DNA from: Dudresnaya verticillata
Lineage: Eukaryota
DNA: 64,000 bases
NCBI GenBank assembly: GCA_977862235.1
Contig: OZ374560.1
Coordinates: 558,001 to 622,000 of the forward strand
Direction of reading: 5' to 3'
Positions 22,849-34,585 of this stretch are shown one piece after another; position 1 is the first letter of the stretch, and each line of letters begins with the position of its first letter. Under the pieces are notes generated by a model. The model saw only the letters and a program-made list of their open reading frames with translations. It searched no databases and was not told the origin of the DNA. A program made the translations under genes and the position numbers.

Positions 22849-25040
22849 GAACTCGAACTAGAATCCGAATTACGAGCGTCCGCGTCCAAAGGGGGGGTTG
22901 ATCGATCACCTCTTACGCCATTCGCGGAGTCTTCGTAAGCCTCCGAGGGCAGGTTCGGGTGACTCGGCTCAATCGCGTCAACGTTTTCACGGACTGCGAG
23001 AACCGGTTGACGGCCCGGGGTCTGCGCGTGTCTCGGATTGCGGAGGACGGTCGGCGGTCCTCGACGCTCAAATCTGACTTGATGTTGGGCTCGGTCCATC
23101 GGGTAGCGCGTATCGCCTTGATGAAGATCTCGGTCTACGCGATTGTCACGCGATCCTCGGGAGTCTTGTCCACGGTGACCTCGATTGTCAACGGACGAGA
23201 ACGAATTCCCTCTTGCGGCACCGCGATTCACGACGTTATTACGCGTATACAGTCTCATATCGAGTTGATAGAGATAGTTCTGATACGCGCAGTAGAGTTG
23301 TTGCTCCTTCGTGAGATACGGACACGAATACATCAGGTGACCGATTTCGCGACAGAACCAACACCGCCACGCATCCTGGTTCTGCGGGATCATCGAACGC
23401 GCCATCTCGATTTGCTCCGGGGTCATCAGGGGGACACGTGCAGGTACGAAACGGTCGATGCGACTCGTGAGATCTAACGTATCACCCACGGAGACCGTTG
23501 TCGAAGTAGTCGGTGTAGCGGATGTGGACCCGGTTCCTGAACGAATCATCATCACGGCCATTTGCGGATCTTCGTTCATCGGGTACTCGTATTCACTCCC
23601 GGGTGTGTCGCAAGCTTCGATAAGCATCGTGCGTCCGGGCGCTTGGCGACTCTTCGGGTACGTAGCGGAAGCTCGGTTCTTCGAATCACGCGACTGTTGG
23701 GTCGCGGTGTCACGTAGTTCGCGAGCTCGGAATTTCGTACCTTCGGCTTGCGCGATTCGTTGTACGCTCATGAAATTATTTTGCTCGGACAACGGTAAAC
23801 GGTGAACCTGGTCGGCCACGATAGGGTACGTAGTAGGTAGGAGTCCACGAATAAATTGGTGTGTTAACGAAGAGTCATCGTAGACACCTGAACAGACATC
23901 CGCGTAGCCTTGTAGACGAGTCGCGAATTCCATCTCGGTTTCTTCGGACTTCTGCTCCCGCAGTAATCACACGATCGTGTGCGTCAGCGATTACGTCTTC
24001 CGTGAGAAATCGTTGTGGCAATACGTTCACGATAGCCGACCAGCAAACCGGGTTGCCAGTACAAACGCCTTCGAAGGCATAATGTTGATACACCTTGAGC
24101 GCGGTCTCGTCGAGGAACCACGAAATCGTTCGAACTGCTGCTCCTTCGGTGATCCCGACTCCGTTCAGCGCTTGTCGAATATCACGAAGAAATGCGAGAA
24201 CCTTAATCGGATCTCGTCCCGTAAACTTCTCAAGTCTCGGCATCATCGAACGCATGCGCGAAACGGTTTTCCACGTGTTACCTCGGAAGACTTCGTGTTG
24301 ATTATCCCGATGTGACTAATTGGTGAGTCGATACGATCGATAGCTTACGGCCCGTGCGAGTTCGGGAATGAGCGTCGATATCGGTTCGACGCCCGGCTCG
24401 AGCCGTCCCCAGTGCCAGAACGATGACACAGGTCCCGCGAGCGATAACGGATTTTCGATTACGGGTCCTCCGGGGGACATCGGTGGTTGAAGTGGAGCTC
24501 GGAACACTGCGGGGTTGATACGGGGGTTGGCGGAGGCATCGGTTGCCTGATTCGATAAAGGGTGCGGGGACTGATTCGGATACGTGCTTTTCGGTAACGT
24601 AGATTGGGCACCCGGGCCTTGCACGGGTTGAATTAGCGGCGAATTGAGGGGGTCAGGACGGGCTTCGGGACGATCTTCGCGACTTTGAGTCTTCTCCTTC
24701 GGTAACGCGGCGGACACGGTGTCACGAATAGCGTTCAACTGTTCCTCCGAGAATGCGTGCGGGCTGTGAACGGGAAGCGAGTGACTGTCCTTGCCCATGG
24801 GGGCGGATACGTTGCGCTCGAGCACGAGAAACCGGTTGGTGACTCCAGAGACGAGATCCCGGAGACTCTCGAGTGAGTCTTCGATCCTACGGACCTTGCC
24901 AGCGCGGAAATTGTCGAACTCTGCGTGAACTCGATTATGCGTGTTACGAATTGAAAGCTGCGTGTACAGTACGCAGTGGAAAGCGCGTCGATGACCTCTT
25001 CGTATAGTAAACGTAGTTCTGCACCCAAGACTTCCTTCAT
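22836..25040 (-). pseudogene. gag of element A with CCHC zinc knuckle, frameshifted
   Basis: FTGRDPIKVLAFL and CWFCREIGHLMYSC. The frame ends SENE*, with a GGAAAAC heptamer at 22848-22842. Confidence 0.85.
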
Positions 25041-25363
25041 CGAGAAGAGTCGGTCGACGGTATCCGAGGGAACGAGTTACAACGGAGTGTACGTATACGA
25101 AAGGTCGGACTGGCTACCGTGAGCCTGCGAACGCGAGTCTATGCGAAGATCTGGTACCGTTATACGTGAAGCGCGAGTGCGAGAAGACGGTTATTGGTCA
25201 CTCGCGTTCGAGGCGAATAACGGGAGCTCCGGAATCGGTACGTCATCGGGTTTCGGTACCGGCGAATCGGGACGACTCGAAGCGTGAGACATCGTGTCTT
25301 GGATAGAAACGAATTACGAATAAATGCGAAACTTCGGGACCACGTTCTAGGTCGGGAGACGAG

Positions 25364-26207
25364 TGTGGTATAACGAAGTCCACGGTGACGCGGGGAAGTC
25401 TCGCACTGTAAGGAATGTCCTCGGAGCCTAACGAATGGCCTCGTAGCCTAACGGAGAAAGGAAAAGGGGTGGAAGCGTGGTAGAGCGGAGCGACCAACAC
25501 GACGGACCACGGTGCCAACGTATTCGTGTGCGGAAGAGAGAACTCGAGCGATTTAGCACCGGGGATGACTCCGGGTGCGCGGGGCTATCGAAAGCGAGGC
25601 TCGAGCGTATCCGCGGCCACGAAGACGAAGACACCGAACTCGAAGAAACAGGCGTTTACCGAAGACTCCGAGGTCCGGGCGCTAGTCGCTTCCCGAAAAC
25701 CCTCGGAGGATGTGCCAGACGACTGGCTAAGCAATACTACGAGAGCACGAATACACGTCAACGCGGGAGACAGTTCGTACTCGAATGATTCGTAACGGCC
25801 TCGGTGCCAACAAACGGTCGTCTCACGTATGGTGGCGGTTACGAAGTGCGCCAGCGATGCATACGGAGGTGCACGCGCGTCGTGGGCCGCGGTGCCGTTA
25901 CACGCAGGAAACAACGGGAAGATCACGAAGGTGTCAGCGACTTCGTATCGGGTGCGCACTGTAATGCGAATGCCATCGTGGCGCGCGCGATCACGAAGTC
26001 CGCTCGCAATTCGTCCGGAGGTGTCACCGATTTCGTATCACGTGCGTGCTGTAATGCGAATGCCATAGTGGCACACGCAGAGTATGCGCACTGGAATATG
26101 TTTGCCATCGTGGCGTGCGCATTCACGGAGTCACTTCGAAATTCGTATTTCTCAATTATTTTTCACGTAGACCACGGAGTCGTTTTGCGCACAGCGTCTC
26201 TACCACA
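25364..26207 (-). repeat. 5' LTR of element A (844 bp)
   Basis: Matches the split left LTR. Followed on the minus strand by a degenerate PBS, c-tcgtctcccgac. Confidence 0.93.
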
Positions 26208-26645
26208 TACACGGCGGAGGGGGGACGGTATCGGTGGGTTGCTGCATCAAAATAGCAGAAACAATAACGGCATGCTTCTTATTCGCAATTAGCAGCTGGC
26301 TGGAAACGGGGTTTATTTCTAGCAGGTTTTTGATTCATTAAAAAGGGCTAATATCATATCCGACTTTTCTGAAAATTGCTGACGTCTGTTGTAGATGTGG
26401 TCCGATGGGTGTCGCTGCTCACACTGTCAACGATGGAGATCAACATTATTGGGCAAGTAGTTTTCCCCAGAGAAATTTAGAAACGCCGTTGGGGCTGTTG
26501 GTCGCCATGCGAATGGTGCTGCCGCTGCTTGTCGCGCTGCAGGCCTCCGAGGGGAGGAACAGCAGCAGCAGCCGTTCCTCTTCGTCCACCTCGCAGTGGT
26601 ACTGCCTTTCTCGAAACGTTTGTTACACCTGAGCAATATTAGAGG

Positions 26646-29600
26646 TGTAACACCTAGCGCTTGAGCAGCTGAGCTTAGCGCGTGGTGGATTCAGGTTGGG
26701 TACAAATGTTGGTGCCGCAACCTGTCCAGCGTGATATTCAAGTTACAAATTCAGGTTGGATTTTCAGACAGTTCACAATTCAAAGTGATATCTGTATGTC
26801 TCTTTCACAGGCCGATTCCCTACAATGGGAGCCTGTCTGGTCATGCCTTAAAAGACGGACATAAGTCTAAGTCATCCCGACTTCGCACGACATGGCACCA
26901 CATAAGGCTGGGAGCGTCATCTGAATTTGGATACCTGACTACAAGGGATCTGGGCAGACCTCCGTCCGCCTCGGAAAATATCGAGGACGGCTGGGGACAA
27001 ACCGCGCCCCTGTCCAGACTTCTGGAACGGAACCTGCGACACGCTTCAGGTCACTATTAGCGTGGGGTTCCTCCAATAAGCTAGCGGAAGCTGAACACGA
27101 TGAAGGCAACCGGCTGGCGCCGCGATGGTGTGAGAGAAATTATCAACACAGCGTGGCTCTGCTGTCCCAACTTGCCTCCCTATCCCTTCACTTCACAACC
27201 TGTGCCCCAGTCCGGCTACCTCACCTCTAGGCCGCTAGATCTACGTCCTGCATCGGGTTACGCTTCGGTACTCTTCAAAGTAATTACTTTGCCCGCGGGG
27301 TTAATTGACTAAGTGTGTTCCGAGACAGGACTGTTTCTGATCGCCATGACGAACAAGAGGCGTGGTAATCAAGCTGCTGCTGCTACAACGTCTGGAGGAA
27401 ATTCGACTGTTCGCCAGACTATTGTTGAAACTGTGGAAGCTCCTAGGCTGCATGGGGTTTCTACCGCCGATTTCGTTTCGTTTAAGCACGATCGCGAAAT
27501 CTATGAGCGTCATGTTGCTGAGAATAACTCTGATCCAAACGTGGAAGTACATCTGACAACATATAAGGACTTTATCTTTCCATCCATCCTGAGTATTTTT
27601 GCTTTGAGTGACTGGGTCCCAGTTGATGATCCTGACTTGATTACCGAGAACCACCTCAAGGATTTTATTTCCAAGCATTCCGTTGTCAGTCCCGATGACT
27701 ATGACATTGGTAAGTTAAATGACGAGCTGAAGACTCTCAAGCTCGAGAGAGCTGATGCCCAGAACAACCTGGAAGCTCAAGTTTGGAGACTGATTTTGGG
27801 CTACACCAAGATCTTACACAAGTGCGGCTACGAGAAATTTGCCGAACGACATCCTAAGCTTGCTGTTGAACATCTTATTAAGCGTTTGACACACTCCTTT
27901 GTAAATAATCGCATGCTGATGATCGCGAAGATGAAAAGGATGAGGATTTTAAGAAGAATTTCAAGGCTTTTATTCGAGAGCTCTCAAAGGAAGCGCGACT
28001 TCTAGATCGCATGAACGCCGCCAAAAAGTACCGAGCATCTGCTTCTGACTTTGAAGCTGGAGCTCGTCGGATTGCGGATGACGTGCCGTCACCTGCTCCT
28101 GTTCCAGTTCGGAACCGAAACAAAAGGAGTAGCAAAAATCATGACGCTGGAAATGCTGCTGGTAGCTCAGGAAAAATGTGGAGAAGCAAACTGCAGATGG
28201 CTCAGGTCGCAACAAACGTACGCGAGATCCACCTGCATGTCTGAACCCAAAATGTGACAAGCTTCGCTGGTTGAATGACTGCGACATCACCTCTCAGGAT
28301 GATAAGAAGCGGCCTCAAGATGAATATTATGCACGCAAGCAAGCCCGCCATGACCCTAACAAGAAGGGTATTGGCTCAGTGGGGAATATAGCACAGGGTG
28401 ATCACACATCCTTGTTCTCCGCCTCATTCTGCTCAGGAGCTGTTGAAGTTTCAGTGTTGGCAGATCAAGGTTCTGACGCTAACCTGATTCCGCCTTCAGT
28501 TCTGAAATCCATACAGAATGCAGACTCTTCTGCAAAAGTTGCCGAACTCCCGAAGAAGTTGGAATTTTCGAATGCTAAGTCAGCTGTACAGAAGATCGAG
28601 TGCAGCCGTCAGTTATCTGCAGACGTCATGCTAAGGATTCGGCATGGCACTAATCTGATGCTGCGTGGAATGAAATGGCTCGTCGCTGACGATGAAGTTC
28701 AGCATGTTTGTATTGGAAGACATGTATTGGCATCTGTAGGGTTGAACAATCGCGTTCTTCTCTCTTTCGCTGCGGATCGATTTGGAGGCGTTGTAGACGT
28801 TCCGCACGCGCTACACAAGGACGGGATTGACGACACACCATGCGCCGACGCCAGTGGCTCCATACACGGGATTTTTCAGGATCGTGGTTTGGACTTTGGT
28901 TCTACTTTCCATCAAGAAGGTGGAGCTGAGGATGACCAACTTCAGGATAGCAACGTCTATGTCGACCTTGGGGAAGATGACCCGGATGACCTGAAAAGGC
29001 CCTCGGCGATTTAGTCGAGGATGCTCGCCGCAATGGCTTGAGCGCCGCCGGGGCAACACGACTGACGGCCATTCTGGAACGCTATCCGGTTTTCGAATTC
29101 GGCTGGGAAAATCCCAACCAGCCGACGTTGCACCAATGAGGGTAAGACTGAAGCCAGGATATCGCCCTATTCACGTTAAGGCACGGCGATACTCTGGGAA
29201 GCAAAGAAGCTTCCTGACGGCGTACGTGGACAAGCTGAAGGAGATGGGTTTTTTGAGGACATGCCCACAGCTGAGTGGTAAGCTGCCCCTCTCTTGGTCC
29301 CAAAGTCTGAATCAAAGGCTGCGTACCGTATAACTGTCGACTTGCGCCCAGTCAATAATGCAACCATCAAAGAAGCATGTTCTATGCCACATTTGGACAG
29401 CGAGGTCTACGATTTTTCTGGAAGCAAGTGTTTTGCGTCCCTTGATTTTGTCTCTGGGTATTGGCAGCTTCCGCTACATCCAGATTCATACACCGCGTGT
29501 GGTGTCATTACGCCACGTGGGGTTGTAATTTCAAAGCGAGTTCTACAAGGTCTTGCAAATGCTGTGGCCTTTTTCTAAAGCTCCGTTGAACCGCTTTTCT

Positions 29601-32600
29601 CCAGCTTACGAGACTCACTCAAAGCTTGGCTGGATGACTTTAGCCTTCATGCAATTAACGAGGAAACCCTGCTAGACAACCTGGAAGCATTTCTACGCAT
29701 ATGTCAGAACAAAAATCTTTGGCTATCCGCCCGCAAGTTCCATCTCTTCCGCAAAGAGCTGCGCTGGTGCGGTCGCCTCGTTTCTGGTGATGGGTATCGG
29801 CTTGACCCTACCCGGCTCACCGGTCTCCAGGATATGAAAACACCTGTTACTTCGGACGAGCTCGCACAATTTGTATACTGTTTCCGTTGGATGTGACTAG
29901 CTCTTCCTGATTTTGCGCGCCGTATTGCGCCGCTTAATGACATTCTGGAAGAAGCCTACCGTCAATCTAGAAATCGCACCGAACGGTCTATTTGCAATAT
30001 TTCGCTCCGTAGCCTGTCTTGGGGGTCCCCGCATGAGGAGGCCTTCTCAGATCTACAACACAGCCTGCGCACCGCTGTTACGCTTTCGTATCCTAATCCG
30101 GAGAAAGCTATTTGCTTCTTTACAGATGCCTCAGACAGATTCTGGTCTGGCGTCGTTACGCAGTGCGCCGAATCTGATCTGAAACTTCCGGTAGATGAGC
30201 AGAAGCATGCACCCCTTGCGTTTTGGGGCTCGCAGTTTACTGGCGCATTAATACACTGGTTTACCTTCGAGAAGGAAGGGTATGCTGTATTTCAGACTTT
30301 TGAGAAGCTGGACTATATGCTTCTTGGACATTCAAGCACGTATGTGTTCACGGATCATCGTAACCTACTATTCGTGTTCGCACCATTAGCAATGGAACTT
30401 GCTTTAGGTCGCCATATATTCTTTAAGGTTCAGAGATGGGCATTGTATCTTTCCCGATTCAATTACGTCATCGAACATATCAAAGGTGAAGAAAACGTAT
30501 TCGCCGATATACTGACAAGATGGGTCAGGGGATACCGAAATGAGAGATCCATGCTTTCCAGAATCCTTCTTCAGGAGGCTGAGCAACTTGTCCCTGCGGC
30601 CGACTCGATAGTCTGGCCGCACATGGATATCATTCGCGAGTCGCAGGCAAAGCATCAGCGCTGCGAAAATCTGCAGCTTGATGTCAATGATGGCTTGTGG
30701 AAGAAGGGAGAGCAGATATGGATTCCGAAAGAAGATCTGGAACTCAAGCTGAAAATTATTGTTTGTTCTCATTGCGGGACAATAGGGCGCCGAGGGATTT
30801 ATTCAACGAAGAGTGTCATCCTAGAAGACTTCTGGTGGGACACCATCACTGCCGATGTCGATGACCTTGTTCGAGGATGTCTCCACTGTATCATTACCAG
30901 AACTGGGGAGATAGTTCCACGACCGCTTGCGCATGCACTACACGGTGAAAGACCTAACGAGGTTGTACACATCGACTTCCTCTATATGGGTCCTGGTGTT
31001 GAAGGAAAAGGTATGTCTTAATCACCAGGGATGATTTATCGTCTTATGTATGGCTGTGGCCGGCTGATGGGGCAACCGCTGAAGCCGCTTCTGAAGCTCT
31101 CTGTACATGGGTAGGTAGTTTCGGGTCTATGGAATGGCTTGTAAGTGATCAGGGATCGTGTGGCACAGATCCCATTTCAAAAATATGTTCGTGCACGAGA
31201 TAATGCAAGACTTGCGAACCAAGCACCATTTCACCACAGCTTATTCACCTTGGGCGAACGGTTCGATGGAGAGAGTCTGTCGCGAAGTTCTACGGGCTTT
31301 CCCAGCCTTGCTGAGTGAATGGAAACTTTCGCCGAACGACTGGCCAGCCGTGACAGAAGCTGTTCAAAGTGTGCTGAACTACGCACCTCTCCGAAGACTT
31401 GGTTTACGCGAAGCTCGAACGCCTGGCGTTTATCGAACACCGCTTCAGGTATTCACAGGGCACCTTCCAGTCCGACCACTTATTCGTGCCTTACCCGTAA
31501 CCAAATACAGGATGGCTAAAACTGATGATGAACTACGAGCAAGGCTATTGATTCAGGTTGACGATGTCTAGGACGCTTTGACGAAAATTCACCGCGACGC
31601 AAGCGAAATTGCAACTTCAGCTCGCAAGCGTCAAATCGAACGCCATAATCAGCGTACAAACGTCCACCGTGCTTCCTTTTTCAAGGGCGATCTCGTTCTA
31701 GTGCGAACTCCACAGTCTGGAGGTTATAAGCTCAAGTTCTTGTGGCGAGGACCACGCCGCGTAACAAATGTGCGATCAAAGCTGGTATATGAAGTCCAGA
31801 ATATCCTGACGGACAAGCGCGGGGTAGTTCATGCTCGACGATTACACCTCTACAGAGCTTCTAGGGACGTAATAGAAGTCGTTCCGGCTTTACTTGATGC
31901 CGCTCGATACGCCGAAGCGAGCTATCAAATTGCAGACGTACTAAAAGGTATTAGAGGCGTTAACGGGGCGATCCAGATACGCTTGGAGTGGGCCGGTCTA
32001 CCTGATGATGTCGACTGGACATGGGAACCCTTGGAGCAGGTCTTTGAAGATGTGCCTGGACTCCTTGAAGACTTTCTACAGACTGCTGGTAATAGGAGCC
32101 TCAAGCGCACGGCACGCACGCAGTTCGGCTTTTCATGACAAACTTTCAAGTTGTGGAACAACCAAAGTTTGAGGGCACTGTAACACCTAGCGCTTGAGCA
32201 GCTGAACGTGGCGCGTGGTGGATTCAGGTTGGGTACAAATGTTGGTGCCGCAACCTGCCCAGCTTGATATTCAGGTTAGAAATTCAGGTTGGATTTTCAG
32301 AAGTTCACAATTCAAAGTGATATCTGTATGTCTCTTTCACAGGCCGATTCCCTACAATGTGAGCCTGTCTGGTTACGCCTTAAAAGACGGACATAAGTCT
32401 AAGTCATCCCGACTTCGCACGACGTGGCACCACATAAGGCTGGGAGCGTCATCTGAATTTGGATACCTGATTACAAGGGATCCGGGCAGACCTCCGCCCG
32501 CCTTGGAAAATATCGAGGACGGCTGGGGACAAACCGCGCCCCTGTCCAGACTTCTGGAACGAAACCTGCGACACGCTGCAGGTCACTATTAGCGTGGGGT

Positions 32601-32811
32601 GCCTCCAATAAGCTAGCGGAAGCTGAACACAATAGAGGCAACCGGCTGGCGCCGCGATGGTGTGAGAGAAATTATCAACACAGCGTGGCTCTGCTGTCCC
32701 AACTTGCCTCCCTATCCCTTCACTTCACAACCTGTGCCCCAGTCCGGCTACCTCACCTCTAGACCGCTCGATCTACGTCCTGCATCGGGTTACGCTTCGG
32801 TACTCTTCACA
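26646..32811 (+). mobile_element. Full-length chromodomain Ty3/gypsy element E (WLDD-type RT), degenerate
   Basis: LTRs 26646-27279 and 32179-32811, starting TGTAACAC. AGAGG on both flanks. Purine tract before the 3' LTR. gag-pol remnants lie between the LTRs. Confidence 0.95.
27346..32138 (+). pseudogene. gag-pol of element E with many frameshifts and stops
   Basis: Protease LADQGSDANLI. RT YRITVDLRPVN, LDFVSGYWQ, AWLDDF, RWCGR. RNase H FTDAS, FTDHRNL, NVFADILTR. Integrase HIDFL, VSDQG, YSPWANG. Chromodomain IRLEWAGLPDDVDWTWEPL. Confidence 0.92.
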
Positions 32812-32905
32812 GAGAGGTAGCTCCCTCTCACCGTTCCGACCTCCGTCTCCCTGTTCCCTATCCTTTCGCTGACCGTACTACACCTCCTACCAACCTGCTA
32901 CGCCC

Positions 32906-34585
32906 TTGCAGATTGCATTCGAGCCAAGCTGCAATAACTCAGAACTCTACTTCCGAGATCCGAACTTCTCAGATCTCAACCTGAACGTCTCAAGTCTCAA
33001 CCTGAACTTTCCGGAACATCTTCCGTTTCAGGTAGAGACTATTGCACCACATTCATGTCAGCTCCTACCAGCTTCCAACATAATTTGGAACGATAATAGT
33101 CAAGAAAGCCGCGTGTCCCACCGCGTCGCTAGCCCCAGGAATTCACACATTCCGCCGCCGCACGTCACTGCCTACCGAAATGCTCTTGTCAATGTATCAA
33201 AATATTTACTGTCCTCATCGATCTCAATCCTGAGAGCATGTATAACTAGCGAAGACACAGCTGGGCGGTCCGTCATTGTGGCATAGACGCCGGGTCGAAC
33301 TGAAGTCTAGCGCTGCTGGTCTTGTAGTCGCACCCAGACCCGTCGAAGGGTGGTAGCGGTGGTGGTAGAGCGGTGGTGTCGGCCGCGCGCACCGTCGACG
33401 ATCGCGGATCAACGGCGTCGAAGCCTGAGCGCGCACGGGGAGGACCGTACGCGGGCGGTAGCGGTAGGATACCTGAGTCCCCGTCGTGGGGTGGCACGAA
33501 TCCGACGGTGGGGGCAGGAAAAGGAAAGCTTAGGCTTGTGGCCACACGGCTAGGGAAGGAGAGAAGCAGTAGGACGAAGGACTGAGAAAGAAAACCAAAG
33601 CAGAAAGGGGCAAGCCTGGCGTAGGCCTTGTTTACTCAAGCCCAGAGGGGCGACTACTAAATAGACTACAGTGCCTGTGGCGGCACCAACTCGGGAGGTG
33701 CGCCGGCTCGCCCCGACACGCGTCCACGCCTACGGGTGACGGTAACCCGGGGACGCGCGTGGGCGAAACGGTCCACACGTACTCAACGGCTCGACGTCGG
33801 AGTACGCGCGCGCGTGTCACGCACTCAAAGGCTCTACGCCGGAGTGCATGCGCACGGCGCGCGGGACAGCAGGGCGTTCGACCGCCGCTCACACTAGACA
33901 GTGCTGTTCAGCACACAAAAAACGGTAGAAATTACACGGGAGTTTCAGTGTCACACGCCTACACGTGCACGCGCGGGCGCAACACCGCACTTCCTTACAG
34001 TTCAGCGGGGCTTCGGCGCCACCGGCTAACAGCGTGCGCACAGCGGTGCACACGTGGCGAAGCTGGTCTTACAGCTATGCCACAGTGACGCTTTCCGTAC
34101 TGGATGAGTTCATGACCGACGTACTGATTGGGATATGCGAGGTGCGGGAAAAATGCTTCGAAGAAGTCTTCGGCGACCCTCTCCGCCAATCATTTGAGAA
34201 CGCGGATGAATCAGAATGCGACCTGTTCGCTTTCACAGTGTGCAATGTGCTGCGTTCCTTGGCAACAAAACCTCGAGCACATCGAAGATCCACAGCAGGT
34301 GATGTTTTGAACTTGCTTCTGGCTTCCATTCAACCCGAGGGCAACTATGCAACATCATCTCGGGCCGCAGCCAAATTCGTTTGCGTCTTTGTTAACTCCA
34401 TTTCCGAGTTCTATGATGTGGAACTAAAATCTCCAGATCGTGATTCTCGATATTTCCTTGCGGCACTTGAACATGCCTTTCAGCAGAACAAATCGCCCTT
34501 GTCTATCACAGATAATGGTACCGTCGTAGATGAAGCTTTCCAGGAATCTGCTTCGGATATTCAGCAATTTCTTGGGCAATTATAG
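32906..34585 (+). pseudogene. ORF of unknown function interrupted by solo LTR F
   Basis: Removing the LTR and one TSD copy joins ...AGRSV-M-LSVLDEFMTDVLIGICEV... in frame. No domain recognised. Confidence 0.45.
33277..34084 (-). mobile_element. Solo LTR (family F, related to D)
   Basis: Ends TGTGGCATAG...CTATGCCACA. Reverse-complement homolog of 51455-52253. Degenerate TSD gtcat / gtgac. Confidence 0.88.

Larger units (their letters stand above)
13247..26207 (-). mobile_element. Full-length chromodomain Ty3/gypsy LTR retrotransposon (element A), degenerate
   Basis: Paired LTRs bounded by TGTGGTA...TACCACA. TSD ttcac (13242-13246) / tacac (26208-26212). PPT next to the left LTR. gag-PR-RT-RH-IN-chromo order on the minus strand. 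Confidence 0.95.
12349..26349. mobile_element. Internally deleted PIF/Harbinger-like DNA transposon (~1.0 kb of its own sequence), interrupted by gypsy element A
   Basis: Perfect 13-bp TIRs AGCCCTTTTTAAT (12349-12361) and ATTAAAAAGGGCT (26337-26349). 3-bp TSD AAT at 12346-12348 and 26350-26352. Contains two convergent ORF remnants. Confidence 0.72.

Noticed and set aside
25364..25902. TGTGG...TTACA as the full LTR of element A
   Set aside because: Homology continues to 26207, where the inverted terminus, TSD and corresponding PPT are found.
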